This document shows positions 1 to 7,190 of a DNA stretch of 64,000 nucleotides, piece by piece. This DNA is from Gaiellaceae bacterium (GTDB taxonomy: Bacteria > Actinomycetota > Thermoleophilia > Gaiellales > Gaiellaceae). The notes under the pieces were generated by a model. It was given only the letters and a program-made list of their open reading frames with translations. It ran no database searches and was not told the origin of the DNA. The first letter of the stretch is position 1. Every line of letters begins with the position of its first letter. The translations under genes and the position numbers were made by a program. The DNA lies in assembly GCA_036276015.1 (NCBI GenBank), contig DASUCN010000011.1, forward strand, positions 16,057 to 80,056, read 5' to 3'.

Positions 1-11
1 CACGCGAGGCC

Positions 12-293
12 GTGACTCGAAGAGACTGGAGCGAGGCGCGAGACGACGCACGGCGAGCGCAGGCGCTCCTCTTCTGGTCGCATGAGCCAGAACTCGTGCT
101 CGGTGACGTCGCAGCGGGCACGGGCGACCGAGCCGGTGCGCTCGCCGTATATCGCGACGCCGTCGCGGAGGATCCCCGGAACTGGGTCGCCTGGCTCCAC
201 GTCGCCCAGGTCGCACGCGGCGCGGAGAGAGCCGCCGCGTACGACCGGGTGCACGAACTCAACCCCCGTGAGGAGGGCCTGCCGGGCGAATGA
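12..293 (+). CDS. 3' end of a TPR-like protein (partial; the frame is open to the left window edge)
   Basis: The frame has no stop between base 3 and 293, and the stop TGA is at 291-293. GC3 is high. The helical repeat-like sequence '...DPRNWVAWLHVAQVARGAERAAAYDRVHELNP' resembles a TPR. Position 12 is only the first start-like codon in the window. Confidence 0.35.
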   Translation: MTRRDWSEARDDARRAQALLFWSHEPELVLGDVAAGTGDRAGALAVYRDAVAEDPRNWVAWLHVAQVARGAERAAAYDRVHELNPREEGLPGE

Positions 294-308
294 CGTCCCG
301 CGTGCGGG

Positions 309-620
309 CTAGCTCTTGCGCTGCTCGCGGCGCCGGAGGAGCAACCCACCGGCAACCAGCGCGCCGCCTACCACCACGACGCCGAGAAGCGAAAGACCCG
401 TGTTCGGGAGCGCCTGGGACTCTGCGGCGGCCGAGGCGGTGTCGCCGCCCGCCGTCGCCGAGACCTGGACGCCCTTCACCTTGTTGTCGTACTGATCCGT
501 GGCCGGTGACTGTGCGTAGGCAGCGCCACCGAGCGCGAGAAACAGCCCGACAACCAAGGCGATGTATGCGGCCGCGAAGACGAACGCGGACGGACGAGCC
601 TTACCCGTTCCTCTACCCAT
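309..620 (-). CDS. Small secreted LPXTG-type (LPNTG) sortase-substrate protein
   Basis: An internal ATG (618-620) is preceded by GGGAGG 7 nt upstream. There is an N-terminal signal or TM segment (AFVFAAAYIALVVGLFLALGGAAYA). The C-terminus is LPNTG + hydrophobic stretch + RRREQRKS, the canonical cell-wall sorting signal. The 153-aa track ORF (to 770) overlaps htrA, and its N-terminus is Arg/Ser-rich junk. Confidence 0.6.
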   Translation of the reverse strand: MGRGTGKARPSAFVFAAAYIALVVGLFLALGGAAYAQSPATDQYDNKVKGVQVSATAGGDTASAAAESQALPNTGLSLLGVVVVGGALVAGGLLLRRREQRKS

Positions 621-693
621 TCCTCTACCTCCCACGACGCAGCATACAGACGCACTCGGCGGCGTCCACACTAGACGTACGTCTAGTTCTGTC

Positions 694-1773
694 TCAGGGT
701 CGGAGGGCGAGAGTGACCTCGACGGTGTGAAGCTCGCCGTCGCGGAGGAACGCGATCGACACTTTCTCACCCGGCTGCCGCGCGTCCACCGCGCTCTGGA
801 GCGCTGTCGGAGTCCGGACGGCTTGACCGTCGAACTCGACGATCACGTCGCCGCCGGTGGGGACTTCGCGGCCGTCGACGACCTCGGTTCCGGTGGCGGC
901 TCGAAGCCCGGCGTCGTCGGCGGGCGTTCCGGGAACCACCCGCGTGATCGCCGCGCCGTCCTCGACCGGGGACATCTGGATGCCGAGGTACGCGTGGCGA
1001 ACCTCGCCCGTGGCGATGAGCTGCCGCACGATCGCACGCACCGTGCTCGACGGGATCGCGAAGCCGACGCCGTCCGAGCCGCCGGACTCGCTCTCGATCT
1101 GTGCGTTCACGCCGATGACGCGACCGCGCCGGTCGAGGAGGGGGCCGCCGGAGTTCCCGTGGTTGATGGCGGCATCCGTCTGGATCGTGTCCGTGATGGT
1201 GAAGTTGTTCGGCGCGGTCATCTCGCGGTGGAGCGCGCTCACGATTCCGGCTGTGATGGTGCCCTCGAGGCCGAAGGGGCTTCCGAGCGCGAGTACCGGG
1301 TCACCGACGCGCACGGTCGACGAGTCCGCGAGCTGGAGCGGAGAGAGCAGTCCTGCCGGAGCATCGACGCGAAGCACCGCCAGATCCGTCGACGGATCGG
1401 TCCCGACGAGCTCAGCGTCGAGCTGAACGCCGTTCCAGAAGCTCACGGAGATCGCCGACGATCCTGCGACGACGTGCTGGTTCGTGACGACGTGCCCGGC
1501 AGAGTCGTAGACGAACCCCGAGCCCTGCGCCTGCTGAGAGCCGCCACGGGCAGAGATCTCGACGACGGCCTTCGACGCGCGCTCGTAGATCGCGCTCGCG
1601 GAAAGGTCACCGGATGCGACCGGCTCCGCTCCCTGGACGGTGACCTGCCGGACGATCGTCGTCGCATCCCCGTCGTCGAGCAGGGCGAAGGACGCGACAC
1701 CCAGTCCGACGCCGAGGACAAGAGTGGCGACGAGGCCGGCGACGACGAGGGGAGTCCGTGTGCGAGCTGCCAT
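694..1773 (-). CDS. htrA: HtrA/DegP-family trypsin-like serine protease with C-terminal PDZ domain
   Basis: There is an N-terminal TM anchor. The catalytic triad contexts are VVTNQHVV (His), DLAVLRV (Asp) and GNSGGPLLD (Ser). The tail is PDZ-like (YLGIQM...GDVIVEFDGQAV). The ATG is at 1771-1773. Confidence 0.95.
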   Translation of the reverse strand: MAARTRTPLVVAGLVATLVLGVGLGVASFALLDDGDATTIVRQVTVQGAEPVASGDLSASAIYERASKAVVEISARGGSQQAQGSGFVYDSAGHVVTNQHVVAGSSAISVSFWNGVQLDAELVGTDPSTDLAVLRVDAPAGLLSPLQLADSSTVRVGDPVLALGSPFGLEGTITAGIVSALHREMTAPNNFTITDTIQTDAAINHGNSGGPLLDRRGRVIGVNAQIESESGGSDGVGFAIPSSTVRAIVRQLIATGEVRHAYLGIQMSPVEDGAAITRVVPGTPADDAGLRAATGTEVVDGREVPTGGDVIVEFDGQAVRTPTALQSAVDARQPGEKVSIAFLRDGELHTVEVTLALRP

Positions 1774-1890
1774 CGAACGCGCTCAGTGTGGCTGAAGCCG
1801 CGCGACTCGGGATGAGCAGCCGGTAAGCGGGGGCTAAGAAGTCGCTAAGACCCGGGGTCGCGCACGCGGGTGCAGCGCACAATGCGGGCC

Positions 1891-2571
1891 ATGAGAGTCC
1901 TCGTGGTGGACGACGAGAGAGCGGTGCGCGAGTCGCTCCGCCGGGCACTCGAGCTCGAGGGCTACGACGTGGAGCTCGCCGAGGACGGCGAAGAGGCTCT
2001 CGACCGTCTGGATGCCCCGACGCCTGCCGACGCCGTGATCCTCGATGTCCTCATGCCCGGCATCGACGGGCTCGAGGTCTGCCGGCGCCTTCGCCATGGC
2101 GGCAATCACGTACCGATCCTCATGCTCACCGCGCGCGCCGAGGTCGACAGCCGCGTCGCGGGTCTCGACGCAGGTGCGGACGACTACCTCCCGAAGCCGT
2201 TCGCTCTTGCCGAGCTCCTCGCCCGATTGCGGGCGCTCATCCGCCGGCGGGCGAACGGGGACGGGTCGGCTGACGTCCTCCGCTTCTCCGACCTCGAGCT
2301 CGACCTCGGCACCCGTGAGGTCCATCGCGGGACTCGATCGATCGAACTGACCCGAACGGAATTCTCGCTGCTCGAGCTCTTCCTCAGGAACCCCCGGCAG
2401 GTGCTCACGCGCTCGATCATCTTCGAGCGCGTGTGGGGCTACGACTTCGGGCCGACCTCCAACTCGCTCGACGTCTACATCGGCTACCTCCGACGCAAGA
2501 CGGAGGAGGGCGGCGCACCGCGTCTCATCCATACGGTTCGCGGCGTGGGCTACGCGCTTCGCGAGGCATGA
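1891..2571 (+). CDS. OmpR-family response regulator (MprA/CpxR-like)
   Basis: The receiver has [30 protein letters not shown] and KPF, followed by a winged-helix C-terminus (RVWGYDF...[11 protein letters not shown]...TVRGVGY). Alternative starts are GTG 1870 and ATG 1882. The stop overlaps the kinase start (ATGA). Confidence 0.9.
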   Translation: MRVLVVDDERAVRESLRRALELEGYDVELAEDGEEALDRLDAPTPADAVILDVLMPGIDGLEVCRRLRHGGNHVPILMLTARAEVDSRVAGLDAGADDYLPKPFALAELLARLRALIRRRANGDGSADVLRFSDLELDLGTREVHRGTRSIELTRTEFSLLELFLRNPRQVLTRSIIFERVWGYDFGPTSNSLDVYIGYLRRKTEEGGAPRLIHTVRGVGYALREA

Positions 2572-3926
2572 CGTTCAGGGCACGCATCGCCGTGTCGGCG
2601 GCGGCTGCGGTCGCACTCACGGTCGTCGCCGCGTCGATACTCGTCTACGTGGTGGCGCGGGGCCAGCTGCGCGCGCCGGTCGACGAGGCGCTCGAGGAGC
2701 GTTCCGCGGATCTCGTCCAGCATCCGATCCGGATCTTCGACACACCGCAGGGCGACACGTTCCTCGCGGTCCGTCCCGAGTTCGGCGAGGTCCGCGGCTA
2801 CACCCAGCTCGTTCAGGCGGACGGGAGCACGCTGGTCCCTCCGCGGCAGGACGTCGCCCTTCCGGTGGACGACGACGTCCTCGCAGTCGCGGCGGGCGAG
2901 AGCGCAGCGTTCTGGCGTGACGTGGAGGTGGAGGGGAGACGGATCCGTGTCTTCACCTTCGCGTATGCACCTGGGGCGGCGGTGCAGGTCGCACGTCCGC
3001 TCGACGAGGTCGACGAGTCGTTGCGGCGCATCGGGCTCCTGCTCCTCCTCATCGCAGCCGGCGGAGTCGTCATCGCCGCCGGTCTGGGGCTGGTCGTGGC
3101 GCGAGCGGCGCTCACGCCCGTCCGCCGCCTCACCGAGACGGTCGAGCGGGTGAGCGAGACCCAGGACCTCTCCGAGCGCATCGAGGTCGGCGGCAGCGAC
3201 GAGCTCAGCCGGCTGGCGACGAGCTTCAACGGGATGCTGGCAGCCCTCGAGGAGTCGACGCGTGCCCAGCGGCAGCTCGTCGCGGACGCGTCGCACGAGC
3301 TCAGGACACCACTCACCAGCGTCCGCACCAACATCGAGGTTCTCGCGAGCGATCGCCTGCTTCCACCCGAGGAGCGCACGCGCCTGCTGTCGGACGTCAT
3401 CGAGCAGCTCGGCGAGATGACGACGCTCATCTCGGAGTTGATCGAGCTTGCGCGGGCCGAGCAGATGACGGTCGAGCCCGAGGAGGTACGGCTCGACGTT
3501 CTCGTCGCCGACGTCGTGGAGCGCGCGAGGCGCAACCGTCCCGAGGTCGTCTACAACGTCGAGCTCGAGCCTGCTGTCGTGCACGGAATCCCCGCGACGA
3601 TCGAGCGAGCCGTCGGGAACCTCCTCGACAACGCCGCGAAGTGGAGTCCTGCGGGAGCCGAGGTCGAGGTGATCCTCCGCGACGGGCAACTGTCGGTGCG
3701 GGATCACGGGCCCGGGATCGCGGAGGAGGATCTGCCCTACGTGTTCGACCGCTTCTATCGAGCCCGCGCCGCGCGGGGCATGCCCGGCTCCGGGCTCGGC
3801 CTCGCGATCGTCCGCCAGGTGGCCGAGTCGCATGGTGGCGGTGTCGTCGCCGAGCGGGCCGAGGGTGGGGGCACGCGGATGGTCCTCACGCTGGGCACGT
3901 CGCACGAGCTCGCGACGGCTTCTTAG
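2568..3926 (+). CDS. Membrane sensor histidine kinase (HAMP-HisKA-HATPase; MprB/CpxA-like)
   Basis: The internal ATG at 2568 overlaps the regulator stop (ATGA). There are two TM segments, a HAMP region, the H-box [10 protein letters not shown] and the G-box GSGLGLAIV. The 45 aa upstream in the track ORF are an out-of-frame read of the regulator gene. Confidence 0.9.
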   Translation: MTFRARIAVSAAAAVALTVVAASILVYVVARGQLRAPVDEALEERSADLVQHPIRIFDTPQGDTFLAVRPEFGEVRGYTQLVQADGSTLVPPRQDVALPVDDDVLAVAAGESAAFWRDVEVEGRRIRVFTFAYAPGAAVQVARPLDEVDESLRRIGLLLLLIAAGGVVIAAGLGLVVARAALTPVRRLTETVERVSETQDLSERIEVGGSDELSRLATSFNGMLAALEESTRAQRQLVADASHELRTPLTSVRTNIEVLASDRLLPPEERTRLLSDVIEQLGEMTTLISELIELARAEQMTVEPEEVRLDVLVADVVERARRNRPEVVYNVELEPAVVHGIPATIERAVGNLLDNAAKWSPAGAEVEVILRDGQLSVRDHGPGIAEEDLPYVFDRFYRARAARGMPGSGLGLAIVRQVAESHGGGVVAERAEGGGTRMVLTLGTSHELATAS

Positions 3927-4012
3927 CGACCTCGTATCGCCACTCAGCTCAACGCCGAGTCCGCACGAGCTCTTAACCCCCTCTCACCGGCCTCTTAGGC
4001 GCGGCTGCTCCC

Positions 4013-4732
4013 ATGCTGTCCATGACACGACGGAAGAAACTGACGATCGCGGCCGGCGCGGGAGGCGTGGCGCTCCTCGTCGCCGGACTCGGCGCGGCGG
4101 GTGCGATTGCTGCCTCGCAGCTTTGGTCGCCGAGCGAAGAGAGCAAGGCGGTGATCGACGATGCGGCGGACCAGCTCGGCGTCGAGCCTGCCGAGCTCTC
4201 CGGCGCACTCAAGCAGGCGTTGAAGAACCGCATCGACGACGCCGTCGACGCCGGTCGGCTCACCGAAGCGCAGGCAGACGCACTCAAGCAGAGGATCGAC
4301 GACGACGAGTACCCGCTTCTCGGAGGCCTTGGCTTTCACGGGCGCGGCGGGCACGGCTTCGGCCACCACGGCCACTTCGCGGCTGTCTTCGAGGCGGCCG
4401 CGTCGTACCTCGGCCTGACCGAGGTGGAGCTCCGGGAGCAGCTGCGCGACGGCAAGACGCTCGCCGAGATCGCCAAAGAGCAGGGCAGGAGCGTGGACAC
4501 GCTCGTCCAGCAGCTCGTCGCGACGCAGACGAAGCGGATCGACGAGGCGGTCACGGAGGCCAAGCTCACCGACGAGCAGGCCGCCGAGCTGAAGAAGGGG
4601 CTCGAGGAGCGGATGCAGGCGCTCGTCGCCGGCGAGCTGCGTGGCGGGCGCCACGACGGGCCGCACCCGCGATTCTGGCGCGGCTCGGGTGAGCCGCGCG
4701 CGCCGCCGTCCTTCTTCGGCCCGTCGGGCTAG
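4013..4732 (+). CDS. Membrane-anchored or secreted LTXXQ-motif protein (CpxP/Spy/ZraP-like) with internal duplication and a His/Gly-rich linker
   Basis: There is an N-terminal hydrophobic anchor. Two similar helical modules each end in an LTXXQ motif (LTEAQADALKQ, LTDEQAAELKK). The linker is GFHGRGGHGFGHHGH. The gene lies immediately downstream of the two-component pair. Confidence 0.6.
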   Translation: MLSMTRRKKLTIAAGAGGVALLVAGLGAAGAIAASQLWSPSEESKAVIDDAADQLGVEPAELSGALKQALKNRIDDAVDAGRLTEAQADALKQRIDDDEYPLLGGLGFHGRGGHGFGHHGHFAAVFEAAASYLGLTEVELREQLRDGKTLAEIAKEQGRSVDTLVQQLVATQTKRIDEAVTEAKLTDEQAAELKKGLEERMQALVAGELRGGRHDGPHPRFWRGSGEPRAPPSFFGPSG

Positions 4733-4796
4733 AGCGACACCACCACCACCGTCGGGGTCGGGCGCGAGGCGTTCGGCCCCGACAGCGTTCTCGAGT

Positions 4797-4865
4797 CCCT
4801 CGATCGAGGGACATCCCTCGTTCGAGGGGGGTACCTCGATCGAGGGATTGCATCCCTCGAACGCG
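4797..4865. repeat. Array of four 14-bp palindromes, CCCTCG-NN-CGAGGG type
   Basis: The units are ccctcgatcgaggg (4797-4810), ccctcgttcgaggg (4815-4828), acctcgatcgaggg (4833-4846) and a degenerate ccctcgaacgcg (4854-4865). Their starts are spaced 18, 18 and 21 bp apart. The array lies in the convergent intergenic region 4733-4981. Confidence 0.7.
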
Positions 4866-4948
4866 TGAATACAAGGAGATGTGGGGAGAGGGGAAGGGAG
4901 CCGCGCGCTCGCTTCGTGCGGGCGCGCGGCATTTCAACCGCTCACCCA

Positions 4949-4978
4949 GATCGAGGATCCCGTAGCGGATCCTCGATC
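4949..4978 (-). terminator. Perfect 12-bp stem hairpin 3 nt downstream of the minus-strand GAF-like gene
   Basis: The sequence is gatcgaggatcc-cgtagc-ggatcctcgatc. There is no clear U-tract. The arms reuse the CTCGATCGAG half-sites of the neighbouring palindrome array. Confidence 0.45.
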
Positions 4979-4981
4979 GCG

Positions 4982-5323
4982 CTACGGCTCCCAACTCTCG
5001 CCGCCGGTGTCCCAGCCGATGAGGACCTGCGGGGCGATGAGCGTCGCCACCGTTTCGAGTACGGCACGGTCCGGATCGCCGTCGACCCGGAGCTCGCCGA
5101 CGAGTCCTCCCTGGAACGAGATCGGGACGACGGTGCGGCGCGTCTCGTCCGGTGTCCCGGCGGACGGCCCTTGAATCAGCTCACCCTCGTCGAGGAAGAA
5201 GATGCCGGCCCAGGCGATCGCGGGCTCCGCGGCCAGGGCAACGATGACGTGGCGCAGAGCGTCGTCGACCTCTGCGTGCTCGACGAGCGCGCGCTCGATC
5301 TCGTCGAGTGGAGCGCCGCTCAC
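4982..5323 (-). CDS. Small GAF-domain-like protein
   Basis: GTG at 5321-5323 overlaps the thioesterase stop (GTGA). Only the C-terminal 113 aa of the 202-aa track ORF look protein-like (IFFLDEGELIQGPSAG...VPISFQGGLVGELRV...ETVATLIA). The upstream portion is an out-of-frame read of the thioesterase gene. Confidence 0.5.
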   Translation of the reverse strand: MSGAPLDEIERALVEHAEVDDALRHVIVALAAEPAIAWAGIFFLDEGELIQGPSAGTPDETRRTVVPISFQGGLVGELRVDGDPDRAVLETVATLIAPQVLIGWDTGGESWEP

Positions 5324-5781
5324 TCCGCGACGTCGCTTCCTTCGAACGCCCGCAGCGCCGCCCTCAGCCCATCCGGCACGGCCGTCGGGCGCCGAGTCGC
5401 GACCTCGATGAGCACGAGCGTCTGATGCGCCGTGACCATGAGGGTGTCGTCGGGAAGGCGGTAGGCGGCGCACTCGTACGCGATGCTCGTCCGCCCGATG
5501 CGCGAGACGCGCACGAACGCCTCGATGAGGTCGTCGAAGCGCGCAGGGGCGTGGTAGTCGACGGCGGACGCGCGCATGACGAACTCGCACCCAGGTGTTG
5601 TGAGCCCGCCCAGGTGCCGGTGGTACTCGGTTCGTGCGTGATCGAAGTAGGGGAGGTAGCGGCCGTAGTAGACGACCCCCTGCGCATCGGTGTCGGAGAA
5701 CCAGACGCGGGCAAGCGCCGAGTACTTGAACGGCGGTCGCCGGTCGGTGACGCGGCCGAGTTCCGGCGCCGCCGCGCTCAC
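5320..5781 (-). CDS. Hotdog-fold acyl-CoA thioesterase (YbgC/4HBT family)
   Basis: It carries FSDTDAQGVVYYGRYLPYFDHARTEYHRHLG, the typical N-terminal catalytic Asp context. The GTG start overlaps the upstream stop (GTGA at 5778-5781). Confidence 0.85.
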   Translation of the reverse strand: MSAAAPELGRVTDRRPPFKYSALARVWFSDTDAQGVVYYGRYLPYFDHARTEYHRHLGGLTTPGCEFVMRASAVDYHAPARFDDLIEAFVRVSRIGRTSIAYECAAYRLPDDTLMVTAHQTLVLIEVATRRPTAVPDGLRAALRAFEGSDVAE

Positions 5782-7190
5782 GAGGCCCGGATGACGCCGA
5801 GCACCTCGTCCCGCTTCTCGACCATGCGCGCTTCCGACAGCGCCTCGAGGTTCAACCGCAGCAGTGGCTCCGTGTTCGACGGGCGCACGTTGAAGTGCCA
5901 GTCGTCGAAGTCGATCGAGATCCCGTCCAGGTGCGAAACGCGGCCGCCCTCGGCCGTATAGCGCTCCTTGAGCTCCTGAAGCTTCAGCGGGACGTCGGCG
6001 ACCGGGGTGTTGATCTCGCCCGTGAGGAAGAACCGTTCGCGGTACGGGCGCAGGAGCTCCGACAGCGGACGGTCGCTACGGGACAGCAGCTCGAGCATGA
6101 CGAGGAAGGGGACGACGCCGGTGTCCGCTTGCGAGAAGTCCCGGAAGTAGTAGTGCGCGGAAACCTCGCCGGCGAACACGGCGTCTTCCGCGCGCATGCG
6201 CTGCTTGATGAAGGCATGGCCCACGCGATTGACGAGCGGGGTGCCACCGGCGCGCGTGATCGTCTCGGGCACGGCCCAGCTCGCACGGACGTCGTAGAGG
6301 ATCTTCTCTCCGGGCGCCTTCGCGAGGACGGCCTCGGAGAGGAGCGCCGTGACGAAGTCGCCAGGCACGAACTCACCCGTGTCGTCGACGAAGAAGCAGC
6401 GGTCTGCGTCGCCGTCGTAGGCGACGCCGAGGTCGGCGTGCTCCTCCTGCACCTTCGCGACGATGAACTCACGGTTCTCGGGAAGCAGCGGATTCGGCTC
6501 GTGGTTGGGAAAGCTGCCGTCGGGATCGAAGTAACAGCGGACGATCTCCAGCTGGGGAAGCCGTTCGAGGACCGGGGGCAGCATCACTCCCGCCATGCCG
6601 TTCGCTGCATCCACGACGACGCGCAGTGGGCGGATCGCCTCGATGTCGACGAACGACAGGACCTTGGCGACGAAGCTCGGCCAGACGTCCTCGGATCTCG
6701 TCGTTCCGCGGCGATCGCTCTCGCCGAACCCGGACTCCGCGCGGGCCCGGATCTCGGCGAGACCCGAGTCGCCGCCGACCGGGAGGGCGCCGCGACGCAC
6801 GATCTTCATCCCCGTGTACTCCTTCGGGTTGTGCGACGCGGTCACGCAGATGCCGCCGTCGAGGCCGAGCTCGGTGACCGCGTGGTAGAGCATCTCGGTC
6901 CCGATGAGGCCCAGCTCGGCGACGTCGGTGCCCGCGTCGACGACGCCCTCGACGACGGCTGTGTACACCGCGGGCGACGAGATCCGCATGTCGTGCCCGA
7001 TGGCGACGGTGTGCGGCTCGAAGTGCGCCGCGTATGCGCGTCCGACGCGATAGGCGCCCTCCTCATCCAGCTGGCTCGGATAGATCCCGCGGACGTCGTA
7101 GGCCTTGAAGACGGACGGATCGAGCACGGCGGGATGGTAGTCGCCCCCGCCGGCGTTTCTACACTTCAGTCGTGGAGCGAAAGCTCGCAT
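5778..7190 (-). CDS. Phosphomannomutase/phosphoglucomutase (alpha-D-phosphohexomutase)
   Basis: It has the active-site loop TASHNPKEYTGMK, the metal loop DGDADR and an FKAYDVRG N-terminus. The start is uncertain. ATG 7190 overlaps the divergent cyclase gene by 19 nt, whereas GTG 7127 (VLDPSVFKAYDVRG) avoids this. Confidence 0.93.
   Translation of the reverse strand: MRAFAPRLKCRNAGGGDYHPAVLDPSVFKAYDVRGIYPSQLDEEGAYRVGRAYAAHFEPHTVAIGHDMRISSPAVYTAVVEGVVDAGTDVAELGLIGTEMLYHAVTELGLDGGICVTASHNPKEYTGMKIVRRGALPVGGDSGLAEIRARAESGFGESDRRGTTRSEDVWPSFVAKVLSFVDIEAIRPLRVVVDAANGMAGVMLPPVLERLPQLEIVRCYFDPDGSFPNHEPNPLLPENREFIVAKVQEEHADLGVAYDGDADRCFFVDDTGEFVPGDFVTALLSEAVLAKAPGEKILYDVRASWAVPETITRAGGTPLVNRVGHAFIKQRMRAEDAVFAGEVSAHYYFRDFSQADTGVVPFLVMLELLSRSDRPLSELLRPYRERFFLTGEINTPVADVPLKLQELKERYTAEGGRVSHLDGISIDFDDWHFNVRPSNTEPLLRLNLEALSEARMVEKRDEVLGVIRAS

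Noticed and set aside
2550-3905. A 451-aa ORF antisense to the histidine kinase. Similar long antisense or out-of-frame ORFs occur at 11102-13060, 14324-16063, 16402-17814, 35412-36902, 43022-45427, 56937-59246, 60647-61666 and 62807-63883.
   Set aside because: Each lies entirely opposite a gene with unmistakable family motifs. Their translations are dominated by Arg, Pro, Ala and Gly and have no recognisable motifs. Such shadow ORFs are expected in DNA this GC-rich because stop codons are rare.
4797-4865. Possible CRISPR array, suggested by the short palindromic repeats.
   Set aside because: The units are 14 bp and directly adjacent at ~18-bp period, so there are no 25-40-bp unique spacers. 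No cas genes are present in the window.
4879-4965. AAGGAG followed by an ATG (28-codon ORF MWGEGKGAARSL...) and the longer GTG ORFs 4881-5174 and 4865-5425.
   Set aside because: The SD-like hexamer abuts the ATG with no spacer. The long ORFs run antisense through the GAF-like and thioesterase genes, and their products are low-complexity.
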